The position numbers and the translations under genes were made by a program. From Heterodontus francisci (taxonomy: Eukaryota), in the NCBI RefSeq assembly GCF_036365525.1, contig NC_090374.1, forward strand, positions 71,500,903 to 71,564,902: a stretch of DNA of 64,000 bases, given 5' to 3'. Under the pieces are notes generated by a model. It did not search any database. It was not told the DNA's origin and saw only the letters and a list, made by a program, of their open reading frames with translations. Positions within the stretch are counted from its first letter, which is position 1; each line of letters opens with the position of its first letter. Below, piece after piece: positions 25,041-37,960 of the stretch.

Positions 25041-25222
25041 ACTAATGTCTCCCTACCTCTTTTTCTCAGGATGAAACCTTGCCACAGCACATTTCCCCAC
25101 CCCTTCCAACATTCCAAACAGCCTCTCCACTCCACTCCACATGCTTCTCTTCAATCACAACAGGACATTGCACCAATCCTCCTTCTAAATCCAATTGCAA
25201 GCTCACTTGCTGCTGCCCTCAG

Positions 25223-25598
25223 TGTTAGAGAAACTGTCAAGCCTGTTTGTGAAGAAGACACTGAGACTAGGATGCTTTGGTGTAGATTGTTTATTGCTTG
25301 TCACAGAGCTTACTTCTGCTCTCCAAACAACACCACCAGCCAGTGCTGGCTGGCTCTTCTTTATATATACATACTTGAATACAATTGAACCCTAATTAAC
25401 ACCCTACACCTATTCATCCTATTATCTTGAACTTCCAGGTAGTTATCATCCATTAACAGAACTTTAGATCCTAACAGAGTCTTCCTTTTATCTTTATATT
25501 CAATACATATATATAAGAAATAGAAATAAAAAACAAATAATGACACATTTTTCTTTACATTATTTATCAGTAACTTTCAACAGCACCAGCCATTAACA
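25223..25598 (-). repeat. 3' LTR of the copia element (about 376 bp)
   Basis: TGTTA/TAACA ends; 25223-25291 matches 30268-30336; polypurine tract AAGGGGGGAA about 10 nt upstream on minus. Confidence 0.8.
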
Positions 25599-25683
25599 TG
25601 CTGTATATTCCCCCCTTAAAAAAAACTTATTGAAAGAAAAAGTGATCCTATCGTTAAAAAAATTTCCACTTTTTCCTAACTTA

Positions 25684-27130
25684 TCATAACACAAGATGGC
25701 CCTCTTTGAAGACATCCAACAATTTTTTCAAACAAGCACCTCTCTTAGTAAAACAATCTGACAACTGATGACTTGCATCAGCCCATTGTATTTTGGAAAT
25801 TTCTTTTCTTTCCAACATTTCTTTTATACTCACGAGATCAATCCTCAACCTCTTTTCTGTGACACTTTTTGTCGAATTGACATTGTCCCAGAGAAAATGA
25901 TTATCTATGTAGCATTCTATAGGAAAACTCTTCTCCGATTGCCCTTTATACAAGAGCTCCTTTAAAATACTTGATAAATACATACCCATATCTATCACTT
26001 CTATCAGTGCAAATATCTCAGCAGCCAAGATGCTTTTAACTATCCTCTTTATTTTCTTCGATTCCCAGGCTAACGGACAGCATTTATCATTTCTTCCCAC
26101 CAAAAATATAATGAACGCTGCTGCGCTCGAATAACCATCGGGCAGATTAGCGTGTGAGGCGTCACTAAAAATGACCAATTTCATCTCTTCTGGGTCACCC
26201 AATGTTGGAAACATGAGTGTACATTTATCAAAACTCAATCTCTTCAATGTCTTATTTGCTTTCAGCACTTCTCCAACAGTCGCATGTTTCATCATGGTGC
26301 TTAATTCTAATACATCATAGCAAGCATCCGGCCTAGTTTGTGTGCACAACCAGTTCAACTGCCCGATTAAGCTCCTTAACTGGTCTACTTCTTCCTTGGT
26401 TGCAGAGTCTTCCTTTTGTGAGGATCTGGCCCGATTTATTGGGATCCTATTAACATTCTCTAGGTAAGACTTTCGATTTAGGGTTACCCCCAACTTAGTC
26501 TGCCTAATATTCAACCCTATATAGTTAAAAGCTCCGGAAGCCTGACTTCCAATTTTAAATTCCTGCAGAACTCTATCTACCGCAAATTTCTCAAATGCCT
26601 CGGATCCTCCCCACAGAAAATCGTTCACATGCATCAGGAAAATACCTGCTAGTTTTTTTCATAGTACCAATAAAACATTGCCGGATCCACCTTTAGTTGA
26701 ATACAACCAGCTTTTAGTAGGGCGGACCTAACTGAAAAATACCACACCCTGGATGTATCATTTAGCCCATAAATACACTTGTTTCGCTTCCATAATTTCC
26801 CTTCTATATCTCCATCTTCTTTTGGTGGCTTTAAATATACTTCCATTTTAAATTTCTCCCCTTGCAAAAATGCTGCTTTGATGTCAATAGACTTACATTC
26901 CCACGAGTGTGTTGCTAAAAGGGCTAGGAAAATCCTTAAACTTGCTTTTCCAGCTGTTGGGGAGTCTACTCTAACTTCCTGGTCGCCTAGTCATTCCTCA
27001 AATTCCCGAGCTACAAGTCTGGCCTTTGCTTTATGCGTACCATCGGGAAGTACTTTCTCTGTACAGATTCATCTATGGGATAATGCTGGTTGTCCTCTAT
27101 CTGGCACCTCTGTGTATACGCTGAACTCTC
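25684..27130 (-). pseudogene. Copia RT-RNase H region (disrupted)
   Basis: ORFs 25684-26634 and 26649-26867, plus upstream KARLVAREFE; catalytic motif reads HVND. Confidence 0.9.
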
Positions 27131-30100
27131 TCCAACTATCAAACTCTTTTTGCTTGGCATCCTTTATCAATTTACCATCTAACTTGTTCGTAGCTACTAG
27201 ATCTTCTCTATCGTAAGGGCTCCTACTTCTTGTGGCGCCCCTCGCCTGCTCTCTGGTCCTTGCTGTTGTGAAACCACGTCCCCTACTAGAGTTCCTATCC
27301 CTACTCGTCCTGTCCCTCCTACAACCAGACTTCCTTTCACAAGTTTGTGACCTTTTCCTTGGACTATGATCATCTTCAGGCCCACTGTCTGAACTTACAC
27401 TACGTTTTCTAGCCTTCCATGATTTCACTTCCTTCTGCCAATCTATAGGTCTGATATCCTGTCCCTTGTCTTGCACAAGCAGCCAATGTTTGTATTTCCC
27501 TGTAGCCTTTCCTGACCTTCCTATAATGGTGGCTTCTCTCCTCGTCCCTTCTGGCATATATGTCACTCTACTCCCAACTTTCAGTAGTTGACCTTTGGGA
27601 TAAATGGCCTTATCTGGATCGTCACTATCACTTGGTCCACGCTGAGTCAGCCCGCCATCTGCCACAATCTGTTGCTTGTAAAAGTCTGACATATGTGCAT
27701 GCGAAGTATATGGTGCATCATCAGTGTCCATCATTGGTTCAGATTCTGTCAATGTATAATCAGTGCCAATAAGCCTCGAGGAATGTACTCTAACGGTTTG
27801 GTTGCCATATTGCAAAATCACAGTTTTGCCATCAGTGCCTATAACTTTTCCTGGTCCTATCCATTCTTACTGCCCTTCTCTTTTGTAATAGACCATGTCC
27901 TCGGTATTAAAATTCTTTTCTGATGGCCTGATCCGACACCTCAAAACGCTCCTGATATTTTCTGAAACCTCCGCCTTAATAAATGCTCTTCTCCCTGAAT
28001 GCTTGACATTCAAATGTTCTGCAAAAATTGAATGAATTGTAGTCCACTTTAAAGCCGGGGGATGATCCCACATTACCGAAGGTATTTTTGGATTCTTGTC
28101 ATAAACTAATTGATAGGGGCTGTAGCCCCCAACCATTTGAAGCGTGTTTTTCGCATGTACTTCCCATGCCAGAGCAGTCGTCAATTTACAATTTGGCTGC
28201 TCTGCTAAAAAAATTTCGGAGCATTTCATCAATCACGGCATGATTTCTCTCACAAATCCCATTACTAAAAGGACTTTCTGCTGCCGTGTGCATTGCTACA
28301 ATATTCATATTTTCACACATACTCCTGAACTCATCATTGGCAAATTCTCCTCCATTGTCAGTTAGAAATCTAACCGGTGCTCCCAGTCCTGTTCCTATCC
28401 ACCTTTCCATTATCTTGTCTACTATTACTTTTTTTCTTTACTATAAATTACCGTCAACAGACTGAATCTAGTCACCACGTCTATAAAGTGTAGAATAAAA
28501 ATGTTTTTTTCTTTATCCCATAGCTTCAAGTCCATCGCTACGGTTTCATTAAAGTCCCTTGCTCACTATGGCTTTCGATGGCGTCTTCCTGTATTTTTCA
28601 CAGATATTACATTTACCACTGATAGCTTTGATAAGTTTAGTGTAGTCATCATCTATTACCCCTGCATCTTTCAACAGAATCTTCAACCTATGACAAGATG
28701 GATGTGCAAACTGTCGATATAGTTTTGAAATAATTTGCCTTTTCTCCTTTAAATCCCTACCCACGGATGCCATTAATACTTCTTTAACATCCTGCTTAGA
28801 GATGTTAGGTCACACAAAGAATATAATAATGTTCCAACTGTGTAAACCGCAAAGCTACAGATTTCCCAAAGACAATCGCCTTATCATGTTCCATATCCAA
28901 TTTCATCCAAGCCTTTTTCATAGACAGTTTACTTAACAGCAAAGGTATATCATTGGATACTACATCCGTACTAATAAAATGGTTTACCCCTGCTATTTTA
29001 CATGGAATTATCACTCTTTTTAGTGATTTCAATGTGTTGTCATTCCCAAACCTGAAACAGGTAGAACTGTCATATTCTTTGACCTTATTTTGATCTTCCT
29101 TACTTAAACAATCCATGAAACTCCTTAACCAGTCCACTCCACAGACTGCGGACGTACATCCGCTGTCTAGTACTGCGCAATTGAACGAATCTGCGACTAG
29201 GGCACTCATTACCGGACTGAAGCTTCTTGTGACCAGTACAGTTCCTTCTGATTGTTCAGTAGCGTCATCCTCACCTTCCACCTCATGCATCATCTCAAAA
29301 ACCCTGTTATTCCTTTTTGGACAATGTAATGCATAGTGACACTTTGAGTCACATCGGAAACACCTGTTGACCACCCCTTGGTTATTTCTGGGATTCATTT
29401 TTCTGCCATACTTACTCAATTCCTGCCGTCTGTTATAGCTGACAAAAAGGGTATCTATCCTCATTCGTTTTGTGTGTGTTTCTCCTTTTGTACTGATGTC
29501 TGGGCTCCATACTGGAACGGCCTCAAAATGCTCCAAGCATTGTATCTTCCACCTTCGGTGTCACTGCTAAAGTGCCCATCTGTGCTATGAAAGCGGCCGG
29601 AAAGGAATGTTTGCCCCAAAAAATTTTTAGCGCATCAGACATCTGATCAAACAGCAGATCTTTTTTCATTGACTCTAACTCCAGTTAATACCAAGATCCT
29701 ATCCTTGTTCGATACCCTAGCACAATCTAACAATTTGAAGGCTGGTACTGATCTAAGAATTTCCAAGTAGAATCGCTGCAACCTAAACTCCATAATATAT
29801 TCTTCTATGGAAGAACCATCCATTTTCTAAATTTCTCTAAGTCCGACAACACCTCATAGGCACTCAATAGGTCATCTTTCATATAACTTTTATCCATATA
29901 TTTCAAGAGTTTGTCCAAACCTTTTTCATCGTTCAAATGATGAGCCTCTAGCTCCGAGAACACTTTGCCCCTGATCTTGCTTCTGGCGAGAAGTGAAAGT
30001 TCAAGGGCCATTCCTTGCTTCCTTTTAGGTAAAGATGCAACCCGTGTCCATATATCAACTTCATTCTCCCATTGATCGTAAGGTTTGGCTTCACAAAACT

Positions 30101-30248
30101 GTGGTGGAAAATCATATCTCGATATCTTACACTCGGTTTCAGTCATCTTTCTTTAAAAAAAGCTCCAAATACAGCTCTCTCAAAAAAAACTCCAATTCTA
30201 ATCTCCTGTCTGAAAACAAATCTTAATCTTCAATCTTCACTTTCAGGC

Positions 30249-30266
30249 AACCATCCTCTGCTACCA
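30249..30266 (-). promoter_or_regulatory. Primer binding site for initiator tRNA-Met
   Basis: Minus strand TGGTAGCAGAGGATGGTT, 1 nt after the LTR-terminal CA. Confidence 0.92.
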
Positions 30267-30336
30267 ATGTTAGAGAAATCTCCAAGCCTGTTTGTGAAGA
30301 AGACACTGAGACTAGGATGCTTTGGTGTAGATTGTT

Positions 30337-32350
30337 CAGTCCGGTCAGCTGCTTAATCGAGATGCTGTTCCTCGAGCTTGCGTTGATGTTCACTGGAACA
30401 CAAGATGCTGTTCCTTGAGCTTGCGTTGATATTGTTACGACTGACCGCTCCTGTCAAAGCCCCCAATCAAAATATATGAGTCTGATTGTGGTGGGAGAAA
30501 TGCACTGATAATTCAATCCCGTCGCTCCACAGATCACTTAACATATCATTTAAAACGTTCCAAATTAAAGAAAGACCTGGCCAAATTTTACCATCTATTA
30601 ACCCGCCGAATGAGGCTAACCAAACCAGGTGTCTTTAAATCAACAAATTAACTCATTAAATAGAAGAACTAAATTTTTAAATACTATGAAGATATAAACA
30701 ACATTTAAAATAGAAAAAATTAGAGTCCTTGCAAATTTACAGTCCAATGTTGCTTGAGGTCTTCACAGAATGTTGCTTGAAGTCCTCACAGCCGTCTGAT
30801 GGGGAAAAATGTTCTTCCACATAGAACAGTCCATAGTCTAACTTCAGCAGTAGGTGAAGCTTCCTTCCTCAGCGATGAATTTCAACAATTAACAACTTGC
30901 AAGCACTTTTGATAAAATCAATCTGACTTTAGAGTTTTTGAGGGATAAAGGATTGTCACAGTCTAACTTCCCTTCCTTCAGTTTAAATTATCAGAGATCT
31001 CCATTTTGGCTTGACTTTTATGAGAATTTTGAGAGATAATAATTAAACAGACTAAATTCCTATTCCTTCAGTTTAAAAAGCTGAGAGCTCTTTTTCAGGT
31101 GCTAAACAGCACAGCCGTCTGTGTCCTCTGTCTGTATTCTGTTAGAACAAACTGTCTTCAACTAAAAGCCAGTTCAAAATTGAATTGTAACAAATGTATC
31201 GCTTGCTACTCACTCCCAGTGGCTGTATTTATGGTAACGAGAATGCACCCTTTGAATCGCAGTCTCCAAATGGCTGTTTCTAACGGCAATCAAAAATGCA
31301 CCTTTCTATAACTCCTGAGACTTGCGGGTTCTTAAAGCAATACTGATCCTCTGCAAACCTAAAAGGCAAACCGCATATTCCCCAAAAAAACCTACAGGAC
31401 CATGACAATGTTCACTGGAAAACTGCAGCAAGCCCAGGACAGAGATGTGGGCATGAGCGTAGGGGGGTGTGTTGAAATGGAAAGTGACAGGAAGCTCGGG
31501 GTCATGCTTACAGACTGAGCGAAGGTGTTCCGCAAAGCGGTCACCCAATCTGCATTTAATCTCCCCAATGTAGAGGAGACCACATTGAATACAGTATACA
31601 TAATTGAAAGAAGTACAAGTAAATCGCTGCTTCACCTGAAAGGAGTGTTTGGGGCCTTGGATAGTGAGGAGAGAGGAGGTAAAAGGGCAGGTATTACACC
31701 TCCTGTGATTGCATGGGAAGGGGATGAGGTGTCGGGGGTAATGGAGGAGTGGACCAGGGTGTCGCGGAGGGAACGATCCTTTCAGAATGCTGACAGGGAT
31801 GGAAGGGGAGGGGAAGATACGTTTGGTAGTGGCATCACGCGGGACATGGCAGAAATGGTGGAGGATAATCCTTTGGATGTGGAGGCTGGTAGGGTGGAAA
31901 GTGAGGACAAGGAGAACCCTGTCGCGGTTCTGGGAGGGAGGGGAAGGGGTGAGGGTAGAGGTGCGGGAAATGGGACGGACAGGGTTGAGGGCCCTGTCAA
32001 CCACAGTGGTGGGTGAATCCTCGGTTGAGGGAAAAGGAAGACATATCAGAAGCGCTGTTGTGGAAGGTAGCCTTATCATCGGAGACGGAGAAACTGGGAG
32101 AATGGAATGGAGTTCTTACAGGAGGCAGGGTGTGAAGGAGTGTAGTCGAGGTAGCTGTAGGAGTCGGTGGGCTTATAATGAATATTAGTGGACAGCCTAT
32201 CCCCAGAGATGGAGACAGAGAAGTCGAGGAAGGGAAGGGAAGTGTCAGAGATGGACCATGTAAAGGTGAGAGAAAGGTGGAAATTGCAAGCAAAGTTGAT
32301 AAAGTTTTCCAGTTTGGGGCGGGAGCAGGAAACAGCACCGATCAGCCTCA
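30337..32350 (-). mobile_element. Penelope-like element (RT C-terminus plus GIY-YIG endonuclease), split by a solo LTR
   Basis: LPFLDF, HYKPTD, SHPASCKNSIPFSQFLRLR; VYCIQCGLLYIGE..RLGDRFAEH; continues after the LTR as CSSEHQRKLEEQHL at about 30360-30430. Confidence 0.92.
30433..31407 (-). mobile_element. Solo LTR (975 bp)
   Basis: TGTTACG...CATGACA termini; 4-bp flanks ATAT/ATGT; interrupts Penelope coding sequence precisely. Confidence 0.85.
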
Positions 32351-32455
32351 ATAAAAATCAGATAGAGGAGGAAGCCTTGGAGATAATTGGGACAGTCAGA
32401 ATAAGAAGCATCTGAGATGGCAAGGCTGAATGGCAAGCACGTGATTAAACAAAAA

Positions 32456-32882
32456 GAAAAGAAAGACTTGCATTCATATAGCGCCTTTCAGGACCACTGG
32501 ACATCCCAAAGTGCTTTACAACCAATGAAGTACTTTTGAATTGTAGTCACTATTGTAATGTACATGGCAGCTGATTTGCACACAGCAAACTCCCACAAAC
32601 AGCAATGGGATAATGGCCAGATAATCTGTTTTTGTGATGTTGATTGAGGGATAAATATTGGCCAGGACACCAGGGAGAATAGCCTTGCTCTTCTTTGAAA
32701 TGGTAGAGTCATAGACTCATAGAGAGATACGGCACTGAAACAGGCCCTTCGGCCCACCGACCCATAGTGCCACAGGATCTTTTACATCCACCTGAGAGGG
32801 CTGACAGGGCCTCAGTTTAACTTCTCATCTGAAAGTCAGTACATCACTCCCTCAGTACTGCACTGGAGTGTCAGCCTAGATT
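32456..32882 (-). mobile_element. DeuSINE/SacSINE1-like element with a short CR1-type tail inserted at about 32705-32762
   Basis: GACTTGCATT.ATATAGCGCCTTTCA tail and GGATCTTTTACATCCACCTGAGAG central motif recalled from Deu-domain SINEs; related scrap at about 43692-43802. Confidence 0.7.
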
Positions 32883-32924
32883 GGTATCTGGTTATTTCTC
32901 ATTCCTGAAGCAATCATATATATT

Positions 32925-33259
32925 TTTTATTATTTTATTTTATTTAGAGATACAGCACTGAAACAGGCCCTTTTGCCCACCGAGTCTGTGCGACCAACAA
33001 CCACCCATTTATACTAACCCTCCAGTAATCCCATATTCACTACCACCTACACTATTCACTACACTAGGGGCAATTTACAATGGCCAATTTATCTATCACC
33101 TGCAAGTCTTTGGCTGTGGGAGGAAACCGGAGCACCCGGCGAAAACCCAAGCGGTCACAGGGAGAACTTACAAACTCCGCACAGGCAGTACCCAGAATTG
33201 AACCTGGGTCCCTGAAGCTGTGAAGCTGCAATGCTAACCACTGCGCCACTGTGCCGCCC
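32925..33259 (-). mobile_element. HE1-like tRNA-derived SINE
   Basis: Reverse complement of the copies at 38302 and 42897; A box TGGCGCAGTGG, B box GGTTCAATTCT; CR1-like 3' end. Confidence 0.9.
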
Positions 33260-33806
33260 AACTGTGGCAACTTGCATTGCATTACCATTCATTTGCTACT
33301 TGCTGACCCTTGTCCCTCTCCCCTGTTTTCCAGTCATGACTCTGGCATTAGCACACAAAACATGGAGGGGGAACAACCTTCACAAAGCTGCACCTTCACT
33401 CCAATCTTCCCATATACTAGCACAGAAATCGGCACCCGGATAGAGAGGAATTGGAGGGATCTGCACAGGGTCAATCACTCAGCACTAGTGAGTAGGAGAT
33501 GGCTGGCCAGAGGATACGCTTGGGTCAAAGATGACAAAGTTAGAAATTTCAGTGACTTAACATTTAAAAGAAAGATTTACCATGTGTGCCAGCAATTGTT
33601 CGAGGCATTGGACACCCAGCTTAAAGTGCATAAAGATTGCATTGAGGTGCCATTGTTCCCAATTTGATTTCACTTGGTCGCTCTCGCCACCTATATCTAG
33701 GCCCCAATGGAAGTGCTAATGGGTGCATAGGCAATGGGAACAAAGCGGTAAGTTCTGCCTTCTGATTTTCATCGTGCTAGCACATGGTTCAGCCATAAAA
33801 CCTAAT

Positions 33807-34614
33807 GGGTTGAATTTTATTAGCTGCGTTGAGCTTCAAAAGGTGCGCGGCGCACGCACGAGAAGCATGCTGCAGAGCCACTGTGATATTTTGCGCAGAG
33901 ACTCATTAACATGGAGGGGGCGGACCATCCGCCCCTAATGACGTAGAGGGGGCTGGCTCTTCATCCCCAGCAACGGCATCCAGCATCACTGCGCAAGTGC
34001 CGCCACCATTTCTAAAGGGCTTCAAGCCCTTACCAGTATTTTTACTTTTTAAAGTGAAATGGATGTGATAAGGAAATTTATAAATTTATTAAAAGACCGA
34101 AGGTCCCATCCCATTCCCCCCAACGACCATACACTTCATTTATTGTCATTTCCCCAATAAAACAAAATTTGTTCCCATCCCGAACTTCCCACATGATCTT
34201 CATTACCTTTGCCCTTCAACCCCTTCCCACTATTGCCTCAGCCAATAGAAACAGTTTTCCCCGCCCCCACCCCCCCACCCCGGCCCTGAAAATTTCATTC
34301 CTCCCCATCCCCACCCATCTCGTCTCCAAACAGAGATCCGAAGGTACTGGACATCCGTCCACTGGCCGGAATATCTGCGTGGGACAGCCGTTAGGACAAG
34401 GTAGGTCCTTATGCAGTCATTTTAATGTAATTAACATATTAAAATAAAGTGTCCACTGACGTGCAACGGGGAGACCACCACGAGGCCTTGCCACCACTGG
34501 TAAAATGGTGCAGGCCTTCCCGGCGTCGAGGCACGTGGCAGGCCTCTCCTGGAGATACATTCCGGGCCCCCCTGCCACGACCCCTGACATTAGGAGGCTT
34601 ATAAAATTCAGCCC
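33807..34614. mobile_element. Harbinger-type MITE
   Basis: GGGTTGAATTTTA...TAAAATTCAGCCC with AAT on both sides. Confidence 0.88.
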
Positions 34615-34693
34615 AATATGAAGCTGCAGCACGCAAATAATTTGCTAAAATATGTATCAACGTATAGTTACTTTGTGTGTTAACATTAGTACA

Positions 34694-35632
34694 TCTTACG
34701 ACCGGGTGAGGAAGGGGTCTCAGGCTCCCCTCTTGTCCCATTACTGGTTTCATCGTAACAAGGTTTATCTTTTAAAACACAGTGTTTTTAGCTTTACCTC
34801 AGTGAGTCCATGCTCACTGCTCTCTAACTGTAATTGTAAATGAACCAACCAGACAGGTTTTCTCAGGTTTAAACAAGATAGATGTAAGTTTATTAACCTA
34901 ATCACTCTAACTCGGTTAAAATTACTAAACTACATGACGTAACCACGCTAGCATGCAGACGAGAAAGAATTAAAGGGGGAGGTTTAAGTAGGGTTGGCAA
35001 TGAATAGAGTTCAGTTACTGTCTTTCGGTTTGGATGGAAAGTCCCTGATTGGAGTTGAGGTCTTGCAGTTGTCTCTGGGGCCCAGTGCACACTTTCAAAC
35101 TTGCTTTTCTGGTACTAGAAGGCTGAAGGGGTCCTCTGTCTTGAGGCTAAAGCTGCTTCCATGGGTCCCTGGGACTTTGCTTGAGAGAGAGACAGAGCTT
35201 TCCTTTCTTTGGTCTTCAAATTGCAGTCTGCCCCAAACCTTCCTATAAGGCACAATTCAAACAGTTCCCAGTCTGGCCAGCAAGCAAGTCACGTGACCAT
35301 ATCTTTGTTGAAACAACATCGTCTGCGAGGGCTGAGGATTCTCAAAGTTCTCCGGTCACACTCAGTGGTGTGTGGAGCTCTGGCTCCTACACAGACAAAG
35401 AAGGTTGATTATTATGATTTCCCAGACCAATCTTGTTAACTGAATCAGTGAGCACTTCCATGTCTCTCTACTGAACTCTCTCTCAGAATGCAAATGTGCA
35501 TCCATGTTTCGGTTGTCAATTCTGGGGTATTGTTAAAGCAAGTTCTGTGCAATGTCCAGCAAAAGGGTCCAAGTAGTGTTCCATCTGACAAAATTAATAT
35601 GTTTCCATTTGGCAGGTGTGGTTTCTGTTACA
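34694..35632 (-). mobile_element. Solo LTR related to the Gmr1-like element LTRs
   Basis: Both ends align to 16534-17443 (ACC.GGTGAGGA.GGGGTCT; GACAAAATTAATATG); flanks TACA/TATA. Confidence 0.85.
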
Positions 35633-36229
35633 TATAACAATCACTTTTCCTCATATTTCTAAAATAGCTATTGGCAGTGAATCACATTAATGCGTAGAAG
35701 TACACCACCAATTTTTCTGGGGATTCACATGATTGTCCATTCGAACTTCAGAGGAAGATTGGTGAAAACCTCGGGGAAATGGCTGTCTAACTGTTTTTCT
35801 GGTGTTTTCGCCATTGTTCCACTGACGTTATGTTGGGATCTCAGGAGAATTGTACAGAAATTCTACCCCACAATGTTAAGCATTTTTTGCTTGTAAATGA
35901 GCAATTAATAGAAAACATGTAAATTTGCTCAGAATCTAATTCATTCACTCATCATGCTAATTTCTCACAATTGAAGCTGGCATTAATGTATGAAGCACAG
36001 CTCACAGAGTTCAAGGGGTAAGCGGAGCAGTAAAAATTATAATATTTAAAGAGGGGATTGTCAGTGAGCAGTGCTGTGGAGATGTAGAATCAAGTTTGTC
36101 TTCAATGTACACTTTTCAGGAGGAACAAGAACAGATTCCTGTTAGAGCCTAAGGCTGGTAAAGTCTGCTCTCAGGACTCAGTATTGCACAGTGCAGTATT
36201 ACAGATGTGCCAGCTACTCAGAACTCAGT

Positions 36230-37960
36230 GTAGGAGCAGCATGCACAGAAGCTGAGCCGCACCACAAATGCAATCAATGACTTTTGTCTGTTCCTGGAAC
36301 TCAGTTAGGTGCAGCATCCAGACAGCAGCAATGGAAGTGATCATCACGTCACATTACTAAGTGACTGGATCCAGAAACCATTAGGAGACATAAGTCAGGT
36401 AGCATGCAACTTACCACTGCATCAAGAAGTAGCAGACGGCCTCTTTTGACATGTATCTGCATTCATAAAGTTAATGCAGCACCAACTGGAAAGACAGATC
36501 CAATTTTTGGAGATATGTATCATTTTCAGAGTGCAAGGTGCCATAGATTGTACTCATAGCACTAGAAATGTTATTACTGCATTAATAAATGGATGGTATA
36601 TGATTACTGCAACAATTATTTCAAGCATGCTCATTTTTCAGGCGTGCTTTTGTTACGAAAGTACTTCCCTTTTTTTAATATTCTATTTTCTTTTTGAGGA
36701 CTTGTGTTAAAACTGAAAAGATTCCATAGATGTGTTTTTTTACCAAGTTCACCAAAGGGACACTTGAGATGTTGTTTGAAAGCCACCTGTACTGGAAATC
36801 ATGTGCCTTGAGCTCAGTAAACAATAAAACCCTTGGTGACCTGGGGAAAAGTGGTTACTGAGAAGCCACAAGTCAAGGTTCATGGAGATCAGGAGGTCAA
36901 CTTTATGTTTGGGGTTTGGACATTGTTATCAGCAGTTGGGTTTGAACTACCTGAAGACAGTTGGTATTTACCTGCCAGAGAAAAAAAGAAACCACACAGC
37001 TCACCGCCTTCTCTTCCTCTTTGAAGAAATCCTGCAAAGATCCAGTGTGGGAGAGTTAAAATCCCTGGTGCTGCATCGCTCCTGAGAAGTTGAAAAAAAT
37101 CCTGCAATTCAAGTGTGCGCTGGCAGAAAACCCTGATGCCACATTTCTCCTGGAAAGCTTTCTTGAATAATTCTCGACATGTCCAAAACGGACTGCTTCT
37201 GAAACGATCCCAATAGCCCGTCTTCGTATACCCGGACACCAGACCAAAAAAGGGACAACTGACTTCCTTCTATATCTTATCCTTTTTTCATCAAGAATTA
37301 GCAAGTATTTGACCAAAGGAGTCTTTTTTTGTCTTTTGTTTGTAACAGACCTCTGCAGAGAGAATTTTTGTATTTTTCCCAGTGTAAATGCGAGTGTAAT
37401 TGGGGGATTTTAAAAAGTGAACTTTCATATTTCAATCTGGGTGTTAATGCTTTACTTCGTTACTGGTTATGTCTTGTTTTAGAATAAACTGATAATGATG
37501 TTGTTTATTAAAGAAACCAAGTTGGTTATTTCATTCTGGGATAAATAAAATAGAGTATCTGATTGGCTATATCGGTAATCGGGTAAACATTTAAATATAT
37601 GTTGTGACCTATGGAGAAGTGGAACTAGAAAAGAAAGTGCACTCCTTCCACCTCGGTCGTAATACTCTTGATGCACAAGTTTTGATGGATTTAAATGTTG
37701 CCAACCGTTAAATATGTGGAAAAAAATGCAAGATTGACTCCTGGAGACAGGGCTCAACTGTTTCAAATGCAATTGATGGCACTTTGAGAAATAGCTTGCA
37801 ATGTTGCATGTTCGTCAGTCAAATATGTTGGTGTTTTTTCGAGCAACAGTTTGGACTGCTCAGTGAATGCCTTTTGATATAACCTGGAAAAGTTTGCAGA
37901 ATACTTCTAATATGTTGCTGCACAATATTACAAATGAGGGAGGCATTTACATTTTTCCTG
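36230..37960 (+). pseudogene. Heavily decayed Harbinger transposase remnant interrupted by a solo LTR; limits approximate
   Basis: FRVQGAIDCTH at about 36525-36557; faint C-terminal motif traces after 37700. Confidence 0.6.
36651..37664 (+). mobile_element. Solo LTR (1014 bp)
   Basis: TGTTACGA...TCGTAATA termini; flanks CTTT/CTCT; AATAAA near 3' end; 3' end resembles reverse complement of 30433 and 63360 LTR ends. Confidence 0.8.

Larger units (their letters stand above)
25223..30336 (-). mobile_element. Ty1/copia LTR retrotransposon, GalEa-type; full internal region with stops and frameshifts; 5' LTR truncated
   Basis: Order gag (CFRCDSKCHYALHC), PR (VLDSGC), INT (LTDNGGEF, SNGICERNH), RT (IDIKAAFLQG, YGLND, HVNDF), RH (FSDASHA, KRLRID, QLSDCFTK); iMet PBS; TGTTA..TAACA LTR. 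Confidence 0.92.
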
